Assembly: GCA_015063605.1 (NCBI GenBank)
Contig: SVTV01000008.1
Location: forward strand, 5,038 to 69,037
DNA: 64,000 nucleotides
Source: Oscillospiraceae bacterium
GTDB taxonomy: Bacteria > Bacillota > Clostridia > Oscillospirales > SIG627
Direction: 5' to 3'
A program made the translations under genes and the position numbers. The notes below the pieces were generated by a model. It was not told where the DNA came from and did not search any database. It saw nothing but the letters and a program-made list of their open reading frames with translations. Positions 1 to 8,111 of the stretch are shown here, one piece after another; the stretch's first letter is position 1, and every line of letters starts with the position of its first letter.

Positions 1-1
1 C

Positions 2-2893
2 AATGAAATATTTTTCGGCGCTAAGGAAAGAGAAAAGATAGGAAGCCTTCTTCGTGAGCAGCTTGCTCTTACAAAGAAAAACGAGGTCAAGAGAAAGCAG
101 TTTATAAAGGATGAATTGTTAAAGCTTGAGAACGGCGACGAGCTTGCCAACGATCTTTATATAGGAAGCGTATACCCGACGGAGAATCTGTTTGACTATG
201 CTACGGAGCTTTTTTATATCGTTTATGAGCCGGATACGCTTTCAAATGTTCTTAAGGGTGCCATGGAGCTTTTGCATGAGAATCTCCGCATTCTTATAGA
301 GGAGGAGCGCATATTCGCTCCCGAAAGAGCGGACGGTCTTCTCTGGGGCTTCGATATATTCTGTGACCTTGTTTCAAACGGGCGGGGACTTGTTATCGAA
401 AGCTTTGTAACAGGAAAAACACCCGTAAAGCTTGCGGGAATTTATAATTTCAATTCAAGGACCACATTCCCCTACGGTGACAGCTTTGAGCTTTTGAAGG
501 ATACCCTTAAGGAATATACAGAAAGCGGATTTAAGACACTTCTTCTCTGCGACAATACCTTTTCCGCTCAGAATATGTACAATATCCTGACGGAAAACAA
601 TATCCGATCGGCAGTATGCGATGCTTCTGATGATATATCGGCTCTTCCCCGTGATATTGTGTATGTAACAGCCTCCATGAAGCAGGACAAGCGTGTTATG
701 ACCATCGGATCGGGATATGAGCTTGTGGCTACGAAATTCGTTATCCTTACGGATTCCTCCGTATCGGTCAGAAGAACAACGAAGCTTACAAGCGTATATT
801 CATCTAAAAAGAAAAACAGCGCCCGTGAGAAGATTATATCATATGCCGATCTTAACATAAATGATTACGTAGTTCACGATACCTTCGGTATAGGTATCTA
901 CAAGGGCACCGAAAAAATAATGAGGGACGGTGCCGAAAAGGACTTCCTGAAGATCGCTTATGCGGGAACCGATGTTCTTTACGTCCCTTGCTCCAATGTG
1001 GACAGCATTGCAAAATATATCGGCGGTGATGCCGACAGCGGAAATGTAAAATTGAGTAAAATGGGCGGCGGAGAATGGCGGAAAGCCAAGCAGAAGGCAA
1101 AGAGCGCCGCTAAGGATATAGCAAAGGATTTGATAAAGCTTTATTCCGAAAGAATGAAAACGAAGGGGCATGCATTTTCCGAGGATACGGAATGGCAAAA
1201 GGAATTTGAAGGCGCATTTGAATACGAGGAGACAGACGGTCAGCTCAGCGCAGTCGAGGATATAAAGAGGGATATGGAATCCCCCGTTCCCATGGACAGA
1301 CTCCTTTGCGGTGATGTTGGATTCGGAAAGACCGAGGTGGCATTGCGTGCCGTTTTCAAATGCGTTATGGACAATAAGCAGGCGGCTATCCTTGTTCCTA
1401 CCACTATTCTCGCATGGCAGCATTATCAGAATATATTGTCCCGCTTCAGAGGTTATCCCATAAGAGTTGCCATGCTGTCCCGCTTCGCTACTCCGAAGGA
1501 AGCACGTCAGACGGTAAAGGATCTGAAAAGCGGTATAGTTGATATAATTGTCGGCACACACAGGATCCTCTCCAAGGATGTGGAGATACCGAAGCTGGGG
1601 CTTGTCGTAATAGATGAGGAGCAGCGCTTCGGTGTGGCTCAAAAGGAAAAGCTGAAGGCTTTGCAGAAAAATGCCGACATTCTTACTTTGACCGCAACTC
1701 CCATTCCCCGTACTCTCAACATGGCGTTGGGCGGTATAAGAGATATGTCCGTACTTGAAGAAGCTCCGGGTGACAGATTCCCCGTACAGACATACGTTAT
1801 GGAATATGATGAGATACTCATTATGGAGGCTATAAGAAAAGAGCTTCGGAGAAGAGGACAGGTGTTTTACCTTTGCAACAATATAGAAGAGCATCTTCCG
1901 AGAGTAAACAAGATAAAGGAAATGTTCCCCGACGCCAATGTGGAAAGCGCAAACGGTCAGATGGATAAGGAGGTCCTTTCCGATATATGGAAGAATATGT
2001 CCGACGGAAAGATCGATGTGCTTGTCTGCACCACCATTATCGAAACGGGTGTAGACCTTCCCAACGCAAATACGCTGATAATAGAAAACTGTGATAAATA
2101 CGGTCTTTCCCAGCTTCATCAGATAAGAGGACGAATAGGACGAAGCGACAGAAAAGCATACGCCTTCCTGACATACAGAAGGGGAAGCGTTTTGTCCGAC
2201 ATAGCCTCTAAGCGTCTCAGCGCCATCAGGGAATATACGGAATTCGGAAGCGGCTTCAAGCTTGCAATGCGTGACCTTGAAATAAGAGGTGCGGGAAATC
2301 TTCTCGGAGCACAGCAGCACGGACACATGAATAATGTCGGTTATGAAATGTATATGCGTCTTTTGAATGAGGCTGTTGCCGAGGAAAAGGGTCAGACTGT
2401 AAAGAGCAAGACCTCAAGCGTTATAGACCTTACTCTCGATGCGTTTATTCCCGAAAAATATATCGAAAGCTCAAAAATGAGAATAGATATATACAAAAAG
2501 ATAGCATCCTGCGAGAATGAGGATGATTACAACGATCTTATGGATGAAATAATAGACCGTTTCGGAGATCCTCCCAAGACGGTGTGCGCCCTTTTCGATG
2601 TGGCGAGATTGAAAAATAAAGCGGAAAAATGCGGCATAACGAAGGTATCGCAGAACGGTGCGAATATGATCTATTTCATATCCGAGGATTTCGACAGAGA
2701 GACTCTTGTGCCTTTGTTTGAGCTTTACGGCAGAAGAATGAGGACCCCGAAGAGCTTCGATGATGCAAAGCCGAGCTTCTCGGTGGAATTTTCACTCGAT
2801 AAGCAAAGTGCGCTTTCAAGTGCCGATGAAATTCTTACACATATTATAGGATTCATGAAGCCCCGGGCGGATGGATCGGGAGAGGTGGAATAA
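2..2893 (+). CDS. mfd: transcription-repair coupling factor Mfd (N-terminus lies outside the window)
   Basis: The frame is open from the window edge, and the listed TTG at 116 is internal. It has a CarD-like segment (DYVVHDTFGIGIY), SF2 helicase motifs (GDVGFGKTEVA, DEEQRFG, QLHQIRGRIGRS) and a TRCF C-terminal region. Confidence 0.95.
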   Translation, partial: NEIFFGAKEREKIGSLLREQLALTKKNEVKRKQFIKDELLKLENGDELANDLYIGSVYPTENLFDYATELFYIVYEPDTLSNVLKGAMELLHENLRILIEEERIFAPERADGLLWGFDIFCDLVSNGRGLVIESFVTGKTPVKLAGIYNFNSRTTFPYGDSFELLKDTLKEYTESGFKTLLLCDNTFSAQNMYNILTENNIRSAVCDASDDISALPRDIVYVTASMKQDKRVMTIGSGYELVATKFVILTDSSVSVRRTTKLTSVYSSKKKNSAREKIISYADLNINDYVVHDTFGIGIYKGTEKIMRDGAEKDFLKIAYAGTDVLYVPCSNVDSIAKYIGGDADSGNVKLSKMGGGEWRKAKQKAKSAAKDIAKDLIKLYSERMKTKGHAFSEDTEWQKEFEGAFEYEETDGQLSAVEDIKRDMESPVPMDRLLCGDVGFGKTEVALRAVFKCVMDNKQAAILVPTTILAWQHYQNILSRFRGYPIRVAMLSRFATPKEARQTVKDLKSGIVDIIVGTHRILSKDVEIPKLGLVVIDEEQRFGVAQKEKLKALQKNADILTLTATPIPRTLNMALGGIRDMSVLEEAPGDRFPVQTYVMEYDEILIMEAIRKELRRRGQVFYLCNNIEEHLPRVNKIKEMFPDANVESANGQMDKEVLSDIWKNMSDGKIDVLVCTTIIETGVDLPNANTLIIENCDKYGLSQLHQIRGRIGRSDRKAYAFLTYRRGSVLSDIASKRLSAIREYTEFGSGFKLAMRDLEIRGAGNLLGAQQHGHMNNVGYEMYMRLLNEAVAEEKGQTVKSKTSSVIDLTLDAFIPEKYIESSKMRIDIYKKIASCENEDDYNDLMDEIIDRFGDPPKTVCALFDVARLKNKAEKCGITKVSQNGANMIYFISEDFDRETLVPLFELYGRRMRTPKSFDDAKPSFSVEFSLDKQSALSSADEILTHIIGFMKPRADGSGEVE

Positions 2894-3693
2894 TGCTTAC
2901 AAATTACCATACACATACGACCTTTTGCGACGGAAAGAATACCCCCGAAGAGGTGGCGGAGTCCGCTGGCGAAAAGGGCTTTGATGCTCTCGGATTTTCA
3001 GGTCATGCGGGCTCTCCCTACAGCAGCTACGGTATAAAGGATATGAGAGGATATATTACCGCTGTGAAGGAGTTGAAGGAAAAATATAAAGGAAAGCTTC
3101 AGATATATCTTGGCGTAGAAGAGGATATGTATGCTCCAGTAAACAGGGATGATTACGAATACCTCATCGGTTCTGCACACTATATATTCAAGAACGGCGT
3201 ATACTATCCCCTTGATTCAACAAATGAACGCTTGATGAAATGCGTTTCGGAATGTTTTGACAATGATGCGGTGAAGCTTGCCGAATCGTATTATTCGAGC
3301 TTTTGCGACTACATTTTCAAAAGGCGTCCCGATATTGTAGGTCATTTCGATCTGATAACCAAATTTGACGAAAAAAATGGAGGACTCTTTTCGGAAAACA
3401 GAGAGTATCTTTCCGTTGCGAAAAAGTATATGGAAAAAGCAGCCTCGTCGGGATGTCTATTCGAGGTGAATACGGGTGCAATATCAAGAGGATATGCTAC
3501 GACACCTTATCCCCGTGAAGAGCTTCTTTACGTTTTGAAAAAATGCGGCGGAGATGTTATCCTGTCATCGGATTCCCACAGCAGGGATACTCTTGATTGC
3601 TTTTTCGATGAAACAAAAAAGCTTCTCCGCTTTGCGGGATTTGAATATACTTACATTTTATATGACGGAAGCTTTATCCGTGACAGCTTATAA
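2893..3693 (+). CDS. PHP-family histidinol-phosphatase (HisJ/HisK-like)
   Basis: N-terminal YHTHTTFCDGK metal-binding motif and a later SDSH motif are typical of the PHP histidinol phosphatase family. The start overlaps the mfd stop by 1 nt. Confidence 0.8.
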   Translation: MLTNYHTHTTFCDGKNTPEEVAESAGEKGFDALGFSGHAGSPYSSYGIKDMRGYITAVKELKEKYKGKLQIYLGVEEDMYAPVNRDDYEYLIGSAHYIFKNGVYYPLDSTNERLMKCVSECFDNDAVKLAESYYSSFCDYIFKRRPDIVGHFDLITKFDEKNGGLFSENREYLSVAKKYMEKAASSGCLFEVNTGAISRGYATTPYPREELLYVLKKCGGDVILSSDSHSRDTLDCFFDETKKLLRFAGFEYTYILYDGSFIRDSL

Positions 3694-3719
3694 ATAAAAA
3701 TTAAAGGGAGGGAAAGGTC

Positions 3720-4970
3720 ATGTCATCGTATAACGAGCTTATAAAAAATTTCGAGCGCACAAGAGCATATATGCGTGAGTTTTACGTTTACGGCTTTAAA
3801 AGCCGTGAAGAATACAACAAAAAAAGCGCACGGTCATACGACGATGAACGGCGGAGAATGGAAAGCTGGCTCGGCGATCACATGAGCTTTGTCCGTACTC
3901 CCGAGGGAAAAAGCGTTTTTATTTCCATAGACAGCCGTAATATATGCCACAATCCCTTTTATAAACCGTGGAAAGCCAAAAGCTTTACGGATCTTGATGT
4001 TACACTTCACTTTATTGTATTCGATATCCTTCATTCACCGGAAATATCAATGACGGTAAATGAAATTATGGACGTTATCGACGAAGAATATTTGTCGGGA
4101 TTTGATTCTCCCATTATGTTTGATGAATCTACCGTCAGAAAAAAGCTTAAGGAATATTCCGAAGCCGGTATTATTACCGTTGAAAAGATAGGACGGAGAT
4201 CGTATTACAGAAGAAGCGAAACCACGGACATCACCGAGCTTGATGATGCGATCCACTATTTTTCCGAGGTGTTGCCATGCGGAGTTATCGGCTCTTTCAT
4301 TCTCGATAAAACGGAAGCGGATTCGGATGCCTTCGGCTTCAAGCATCACTACATAACGAGTGCCATGGACAGTGGTGAGCTTGCGGAGCTTTTTACCGCC
4401 ATGCGGAAAAAGTGCGTTGTCACGGTATCCAATCTCAGCAGAAGAAAAAGCGAGCCGGAAAGATACAGACTCATTCCTTTGAGGATATTCATAAGCGTTC
4501 AGAACGGAAGACAGCATCTTATAGCCTACAATTCCGAGTATAACTGCATGTCCTCATACCGTATCGACTATCTTTCCGATGTCATAATAGAAGAGCCGAC
4601 GCCGAGATTTGACGAATTACGCTCCATGCTTTCCGATATGCAGGAAAATATGTGGGGTGTCAATGTCAGAAAGGGTAATGCGGAGCTTGAGCATATTGAA
4701 TTTACTGTCAGAGTAAATGAGGATGAGGAACATATAGTCAGACGTCTGGAAAGAGAAAAACGTGTCGGCAGGGTCGAAAAGATAGATGAAAACACATACA
4801 GATTTTCAGCCGATGTGTACGATACCAATGAAATGGTACCGTGGGTAAGGACATTTATCTGCAGGATCACACAGTTGAAGATCACAAACCGTGAGGTGGA
4901 AAAGAGATTCAAGGAGGATCTTGAAGAAATGTACCGTATGTACGGAGTTGACAAGGAGGAAACGGAATGA
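3720..4970 (+). CDS. WYL-domain-like putative transcriptional regulator (wHTH + WYL-like + C-terminal extension), partner A
   Basis: It has a winged-helix-like segment (TVNEIMDVIDEEY...STVRKKLKEYSEAGIITVEK). A WYL-like core follows (RYRLIPLRIFISVQNGRQHLIAYNSE...YRIDYLSDV). An RBS (GGGAGGGAAAGG) lies upstream. Confidence 0.55.
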   Translation: MSSYNELIKNFERTRAYMREFYVYGFKSREEYNKKSARSYDDERRRMESWLGDHMSFVRTPEGKSVFISIDSRNICHNPFYKPWKAKSFTDLDVTLHFIVFDILHSPEISMTVNEIMDVIDEEYLSGFDSPIMFDESTVRKKLKEYSEAGIITVEKIGRRSYYRRSETTDITELDDAIHYFSEVLPCGVIGSFILDKTEADSDAFGFKHHYITSAMDSGELAELFTAMRKKCVVTVSNLSRRKSEPERYRLIPLRIFISVQNGRQHLIAYNSEYNCMSSYRIDYLSDVIIEEPTPRFDELRSMLSDMQENMWGVNVRKGNAELEHIEFTVRVNEDEEHIVRRLEREKRVGRVEKIDENTYRFSADVYDTNEMVPWVRTFICRITQLKITNREVEKRFKEDLEEMYRMYGVDKEETE

Positions 4971-5878
4971 TATTCAGTGAGCTTTACTCCGCATATTACA
5001 ATACAATCGCCGCAATGATCTCAAAAATTATCGACGGCGAAAACTCCGACGAGGAGCTTCGGAGGGTAGTGGAGGAAAGAGCATTCGGAGAAAGTATACT
5101 TACTGTCATACCTTCTCTGAAGGCGGGAAAGTGGCAGCTTGTTCATCCCGATATGACCACCTCTCTCGTTCATAAGCCTACTATGCCCTTGACCGTTCTT
5201 CAGAAGCAATGGCTGAAGGCTGTGTCTCTTGATCCGAGAATAAAGCTTTTTGATATTTCTTTTCCCGATCTCGGTGATACGGAGCCTCTTTTTACTCCGG
5301 ATGATTATTACATATACGATAAGTACAGTGACGGAGACCCCTTTGAGGATGAAGAGTATATAAGGCAGTTCAGAGTTATTCTTGAGGCAATACGTAAAAA
5401 AACGCAGATAAGGTTTGAAATGGTGAACCGCAAGGGAAATACCGTATTCGTAAGATGCTATCCCAAAAGGCTTGAGTATTCCGAAAAGGATGATAAGTTC
5501 AGAGTGGTAACATCGGGCTGGCGATCTGTTTCAAGTGTAAATCTGTCGAAAATAAGAGCTTGCTTCCCGTATTTGGGCGAAAAGACCTTGGATAAGGATA
5601 TGCGTGAGACAGAGTACGATACCGCCGTCTTAAGAATTGATGATGAAAGAAATGCTCTTGAAAGAGTCATGCTTCATTTTGCCCATTTTGAGAAGCAGGC
5701 GGAAAAGATCGACGATAAAACTTACGTATTGAAAATAAAATACGCTCATGATGATGAGACGGAAATTGTGATACGTGTTCTTTCCTTCGGCCCCAGAGTA
5801 AAGGTCTTGGGCTCGGAATCATTTAAGGAAGCTGTAATTGAAAAAATAAGAAAACAGAAAAACTGCGGACTCAAATAA
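4967..5878 (+). CDS. WYL-domain-like putative regulator, partner B
   Basis: ATGA stop/start overlap with the upstream gene. The N-terminus MIFSELYSAYYNTIAAMI is typical of Firmicute paired WYL proteins. A WYL-like core is present (VFVRCYPKRLEYSEKDDKFRVVTSGWRSVSSVNLSKI). Confidence 0.55.
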   Translation: MIFSELYSAYYNTIAAMISKIIDGENSDEELRRVVEERAFGESILTVIPSLKAGKWQLVHPDMTTSLVHKPTMPLTVLQKQWLKAVSLDPRIKLFDISFPDLGDTEPLFTPDDYYIYDKYSDGDPFEDEEYIRQFRVILEAIRKKTQIRFEMVNRKGNTVFVRCYPKRLEYSEKDDKFRVVTSGWRSVSSVNLSKIRACFPYLGEKTLDKDMRETEYDTAVLRIDDERNALERVMLHFAHFEKQAEKIDDKTYVLKIKYAHDDETEIVIRVLSFGPRVKVLGSESFKEAVIEKIRKQKNCGLK

Positions 5879-5879
5879 G

Positions 5880-5930
5880 AGTTCGCAGCTTTTTTTCCGT
5901 GAAAAAAAGGAAATGGGATGGTAAAATATA
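5880..5930 (+). promoter_or_regulatory. promoter/operator copy 1: inverted repeat CTTTTTTTC-CGT-GAAAAAAAG over the -35 region, plus extended -10 TGgTAAAAT
   Basis: AGTTCGCAGCTTTTTTTCCGTGAAAAAAAGGAAATGGGATGGTAAAATATA. An almost identical 51-bp block recurs at 8061-8111. The -10 TAAAAT is at 5922-5927 and the TG at 5919-5920. Confidence 0.6.
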
Positions 5931-5936
5931 GGCACA

Positions 5937-6017
5937 AAGGCACAGACAGCAAAAGAATTAGACACAGGAGTCAGATTCCTTTGGTCGTCGGGTTTATAGC
6001 CCGGATAATGTGCCTTG
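5937..6017 (+). ncRNA. Y-RNA-like module 1
   Basis: Closing stem AAGGCACA (5937-5944) pairs with TGTGCCTT (6009-6016). ACAGCAA lies 1 nt after the 5' arm and the module ends in CTTG. An internal anticodon-arm-like hairpin sits at 5966-5980 (7-nt loop GTCAGAT), with a hairpin CGGG-TTTATAG-CCCG after it. Confidence 0.55.
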
Positions 6018-6021
6018 AAAA

Positions 6022-6099
6022 AAGACACAGACAGCAAGCTTCAGCACAAGACTTTTAATCTTGGAGGCTTGGGGCGTTTAGCTCGGATAGTGTGTCTTG
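6022..6099 (+). ncRNA. Y-RNA-like module 2
   Basis: Closing stem AAGACACA (6022-6029) pairs with TGTGTCTT (6091-6098). ACAGCAA is at 6031-6037 and the module ends in CTTG. An internal hairpin CAAGA-CTTTTAA-TCTTG lies at 6047-6063. Confidence 0.55.
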
Positions 6100-6103
6100 A
6101 AAT

Positions 6104-6174
6104 AGGTGCGTACAGCAATGTATACAGATCTATTACACCGCCGGCTGTCGGAAAAACAGCCAAAACGCACCTTG
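6104..6174 (+). ncRNA. Y-RNA-like module 3
   Basis: Closing stem AGGTGCGT (6104-6111) pairs with ACGCACCT (6165-6172). ACAGCAA follows immediately and the module ends in CTTG. An internal hairpin GGCTGT-CGGAAAA-ACAGCC is present. Confidence 0.5.
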
Positions 6175-6179
6175 TTATA

Positions 6180-6235
6180 AAGACTCAACCAGCAATTATT
6201 TGTTATTTACCGGATAGGCAGTAAAATGAGTCTTG
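6180..6235 (+). ncRNA. Y-RNA-like module 4 (short)
   Basis: Closing stem AAGACTCA (6180-6187) pairs with TGAGTCTT (6227-6234). The motif is the variant CCAGCAA and the module ends in CTTG. Confidence 0.45.
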
Positions 6236-6246
6236 TGAACAAAGAA

Positions 6247-6359
6247 AAGATGCCGACAGCAAACATACATAAGCTATTATTCGCTGCATAGCAGCAGCTG
6301 TTCTTTGTAAGCAGCCACGAACGGAGTGAAAGTCTTCGTATGAGTTAAGATGCATCTTG
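6247..6359 (+). ncRNA. Y-RNA-like module 5 (long)
   Basis: Closing stem AAGATGC (6247-6253) pairs with GCATCTT (6352-6358). ACAGCAA is at 6256-6262 and the module ends in CTTG. Several internal hairpins are present (GCTGC-ATA-GCAGC, GCTG..CAGC). Confidence 0.45.
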
Positions 6360-6361
6360 TG

Positions 6362-6459
6362 AAGGCACTAACAGCAATTTATGAATAGTTTAGTGGTTAA
6401 AGCAGAGGATGTTGAGATCCTCGTACGCAAGTTCGAATCTTGCATCAAACAGTGCCTTG
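6362..6459 (+). ncRNA. YrlA-like Y RNA module 6 with tRNA-like domain
   Basis: Closing stem AAGGCACT (6362-6369) pairs with AGTGCCTT (6451-6458), with ACAGCAA at 6371-6377. The D arm is GTTT-AGTGGTTA-AAGC (6388-6403). The T arm is GCAAG-TTCGAAT-CTTGC (6427-6443). The anticodon arm is aberrant (6-nt loop) and the acceptor-like helix is imperfect. Confidence 0.7.
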
Positions 6460-6495
6460 TATTTATTAATAACATCATGAAAAGGAGTGAGTTTC

Positions 6496-7953
6496 ATGTT
6501 AGAATACTTAAAGAAAGAAGATAATAAGACCGTTACCGAAAACGGCGCTTCAACATACATATCGACAGAGTCGGAATGTCTCGACCTGTTCGCAACCATC
6601 GGTGCCTTGCGCCGTGAAAGCGACAACGAAATAGAAACACGCTTTATACGTGCGTTCAGCGAAAACAGAGATATCGCGATGAAGCTCCTGTTTTTCGCAA
6701 GAGATATCAGAGGAGGTCTCGGCGAGCGCCGTGTGTTCAAGGTGATCCTTAATTGGCTTGCAAAGAACGAGCCTCAAACGGTACGTAAAAACATAGAATA
6801 CGTTGCCGAGTACGGAAGATTTGACGATCTTCTCGTTCTCATGGGTACTTCCTTGGAAAAGGATATGCTCGATGCTTTGAAAAAGCAGTTTCAAGCCGAT
6901 ACGGAAGCCCTTGAAAAGGGCGGAGAAGTATCGCTTCTCGGAAAGTGGCTGCCCTCGGTGAACGCATCAAACAAAACAACAGTTAAATATGCTAAAAGAA
7001 TAGCAAAGCACTTCGGTATGAATGAAGCAAGCTACAGAAAGGCACTTGTTGCCCTTCGCAGCCGCATCAGAATAATCGAAAATAATCTCCGTGAGAAGGA
7101 TTATACCTTTGACTACTCAAAGCAACCCTCAAAGGCTATGCTCAAATACCGTAAGGCATTTGCCCGTAACGATGCCGAAAGATACAGAGCATTTCTTGAT
7201 AAGGTGCTTTCGGGTGAAGCGAAGCTCAATACAGGCACATTGATGCCTTATGAGCTTATCAGACCCATTATCCGCGGGAACGCGGGCGAGGAGGAAAGAA
7301 AGGCTTTGAACGCTTCCTGGATATCTCAGGAGGATCTCGGCAGCGGTGAAAATTCCCTTGCCGTGATCGACGGCTCCGGCTCAATGTACGGCTGGGGCGA
7401 GCCTATGCCCGCAACGGTGGCTCTTTCCCTCGGCATCTACTTTGCCGAGAGAAACAAAGGTGCTTTCGGAAATCACTTCATCACCTTCTCGGAGAATCCC
7501 CGTCTCGTTGAAATAAAGGGAGAAGACATTTTCGAAAAGGTGCGCTATTGCGCTTCCTTCAACGAAATAGCAAACACAAATATTCAAAAGGTGTTTGAGC
7601 TTATCCTTGATACGGCAAAAAAGAATTCCGTACCCGATGAAGAGCTTCCCCGTAAGCTTTACATCATTTCCGATATGGAATTTGACAGCTGTGCCGAGGA
7701 TGCCTCGATGACAAATTTTGAATATGCAAAGAAGATCTTTGCGGAAGCGGGATACACTCTTCCCGAGATCGTTTTCTGGAACGTGGCAAGCCGTAACAGG
7801 CAGCAGCCCGTAACAAAGAATGAGCAGGGTGTTGCCCTTGTATCCGGATGTACTCCCCGTCTGTTCACCATGGCGGCAAACGGCACGATGGAGCCTTATG
7901 CATTTATGCTTGAGGTCATCGAGAGCGAGAGATACGCAAAGATAACCGCATGA
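6496..7953 (+). CDS. Ro60-like TROVE/vWA protein of the DUF2828 type
   Basis: The N-terminal motif TVTENGASTYISTESECLDLF and GKWLPS match my recollection of DUF2828/TROVE-like proteins. The C-terminal vWA domain has the MIDAS motif VIDGSGSM. ATG 6496 with RBS AAAGGAG 8 nt upstream is preferred over the listed GTG 6487. Confidence 0.7.
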   Translation: MLEYLKKEDNKTVTENGASTYISTESECLDLFATIGALRRESDNEIETRFIRAFSENRDIAMKLLFFARDIRGGLGERRVFKVILNWLAKNEPQTVRKNIEYVAEYGRFDDLLVLMGTSLEKDMLDALKKQFQADTEALEKGGEVSLLGKWLPSVNASNKTTVKYAKRIAKHFGMNEASYRKALVALRSRIRIIENNLREKDYTFDYSKQPSKAMLKYRKAFARNDAERYRAFLDKVLSGEAKLNTGTLMPYELIRPIIRGNAGEEERKALNASWISQEDLGSGENSLAVIDGSGSMYGWGEPMPATVALSLGIYFAERNKGAFGNHFITFSENPRLVEIKGEDIFEKVRYCASFNEIANTNIQKVFELILDTAKKNSVPDEELPRKLYIISDMEFDSCAEDASMTNFEYAKKIFAEAGYTLPEIVFWNVASRNRQQPVTKNEQGVALVSGCTPRLFTMAANGTMEPYAFMLEVIESERYAKITA

Positions 7954-7959
7954 TCCTTG

Positions 7960-7990
7960 GAGTGCTGTCACGATACAGCACTCTTTTTTT
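7960..7990 (+). terminator. rho-independent terminator after the Ro-like gene
   Basis: GAGTGCTGT-cacgat-ACAGCACTC followed by T7. Confidence 0.85.
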
Positions 7991-8060
7991 ATTAGGAAAA
8001 ATGAACTTCCGAAATATGATAACACATTTTTTCACGGATACGTAAAACGGAGCTTTCTTA

Positions 8061-8111
8061 AGTTCGCAGGTTTTTTTCCGTGAAAAAAATAAAGCATGAT
8101 GGTAAAATATA
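8061..8111 (+). promoter_or_regulatory. promoter/operator copy 2 (same element as 5880-5930)
   Basis: AGTTCGCAGGTTTTTTTCCGTGAAAAAAATAAAGCATGATGGTAAAATATA. The -10 TAAAAT is at 8103-8108 with an upstream TG. Confidence 0.6.

Noticed and set aside
839-2326. 495-aa minus-strand ORF.
   Set aside because: It is an antisense shadow of mfd with low-complexity, Cys/Phe-rich composition and no recognisable family.
6378-6450. Module 6 tRNA-like domain as a genuine tRNA gene.
   Set aside because: The acceptor helix is short with a 2-nt bulge. The anticodon loop is 6 or 8 nt rather than 7. There is no discriminator/CCA context. It is embedded inside the Y-type closing stem, as expected for a YrlA-like mimic.
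6015-6740. Small ORFs inside the Y-RNA-like array (69 aa on the plus strand at 6015-6224, and 116 aa on the minus strand at 6390-6740).
   Set aside because: They have no RBS and cut across the modular RNA stems. The minus-strand ORF is antisense to the start of the Ro-like gene. The compensatory stem variation argues for RNA function, not coding.
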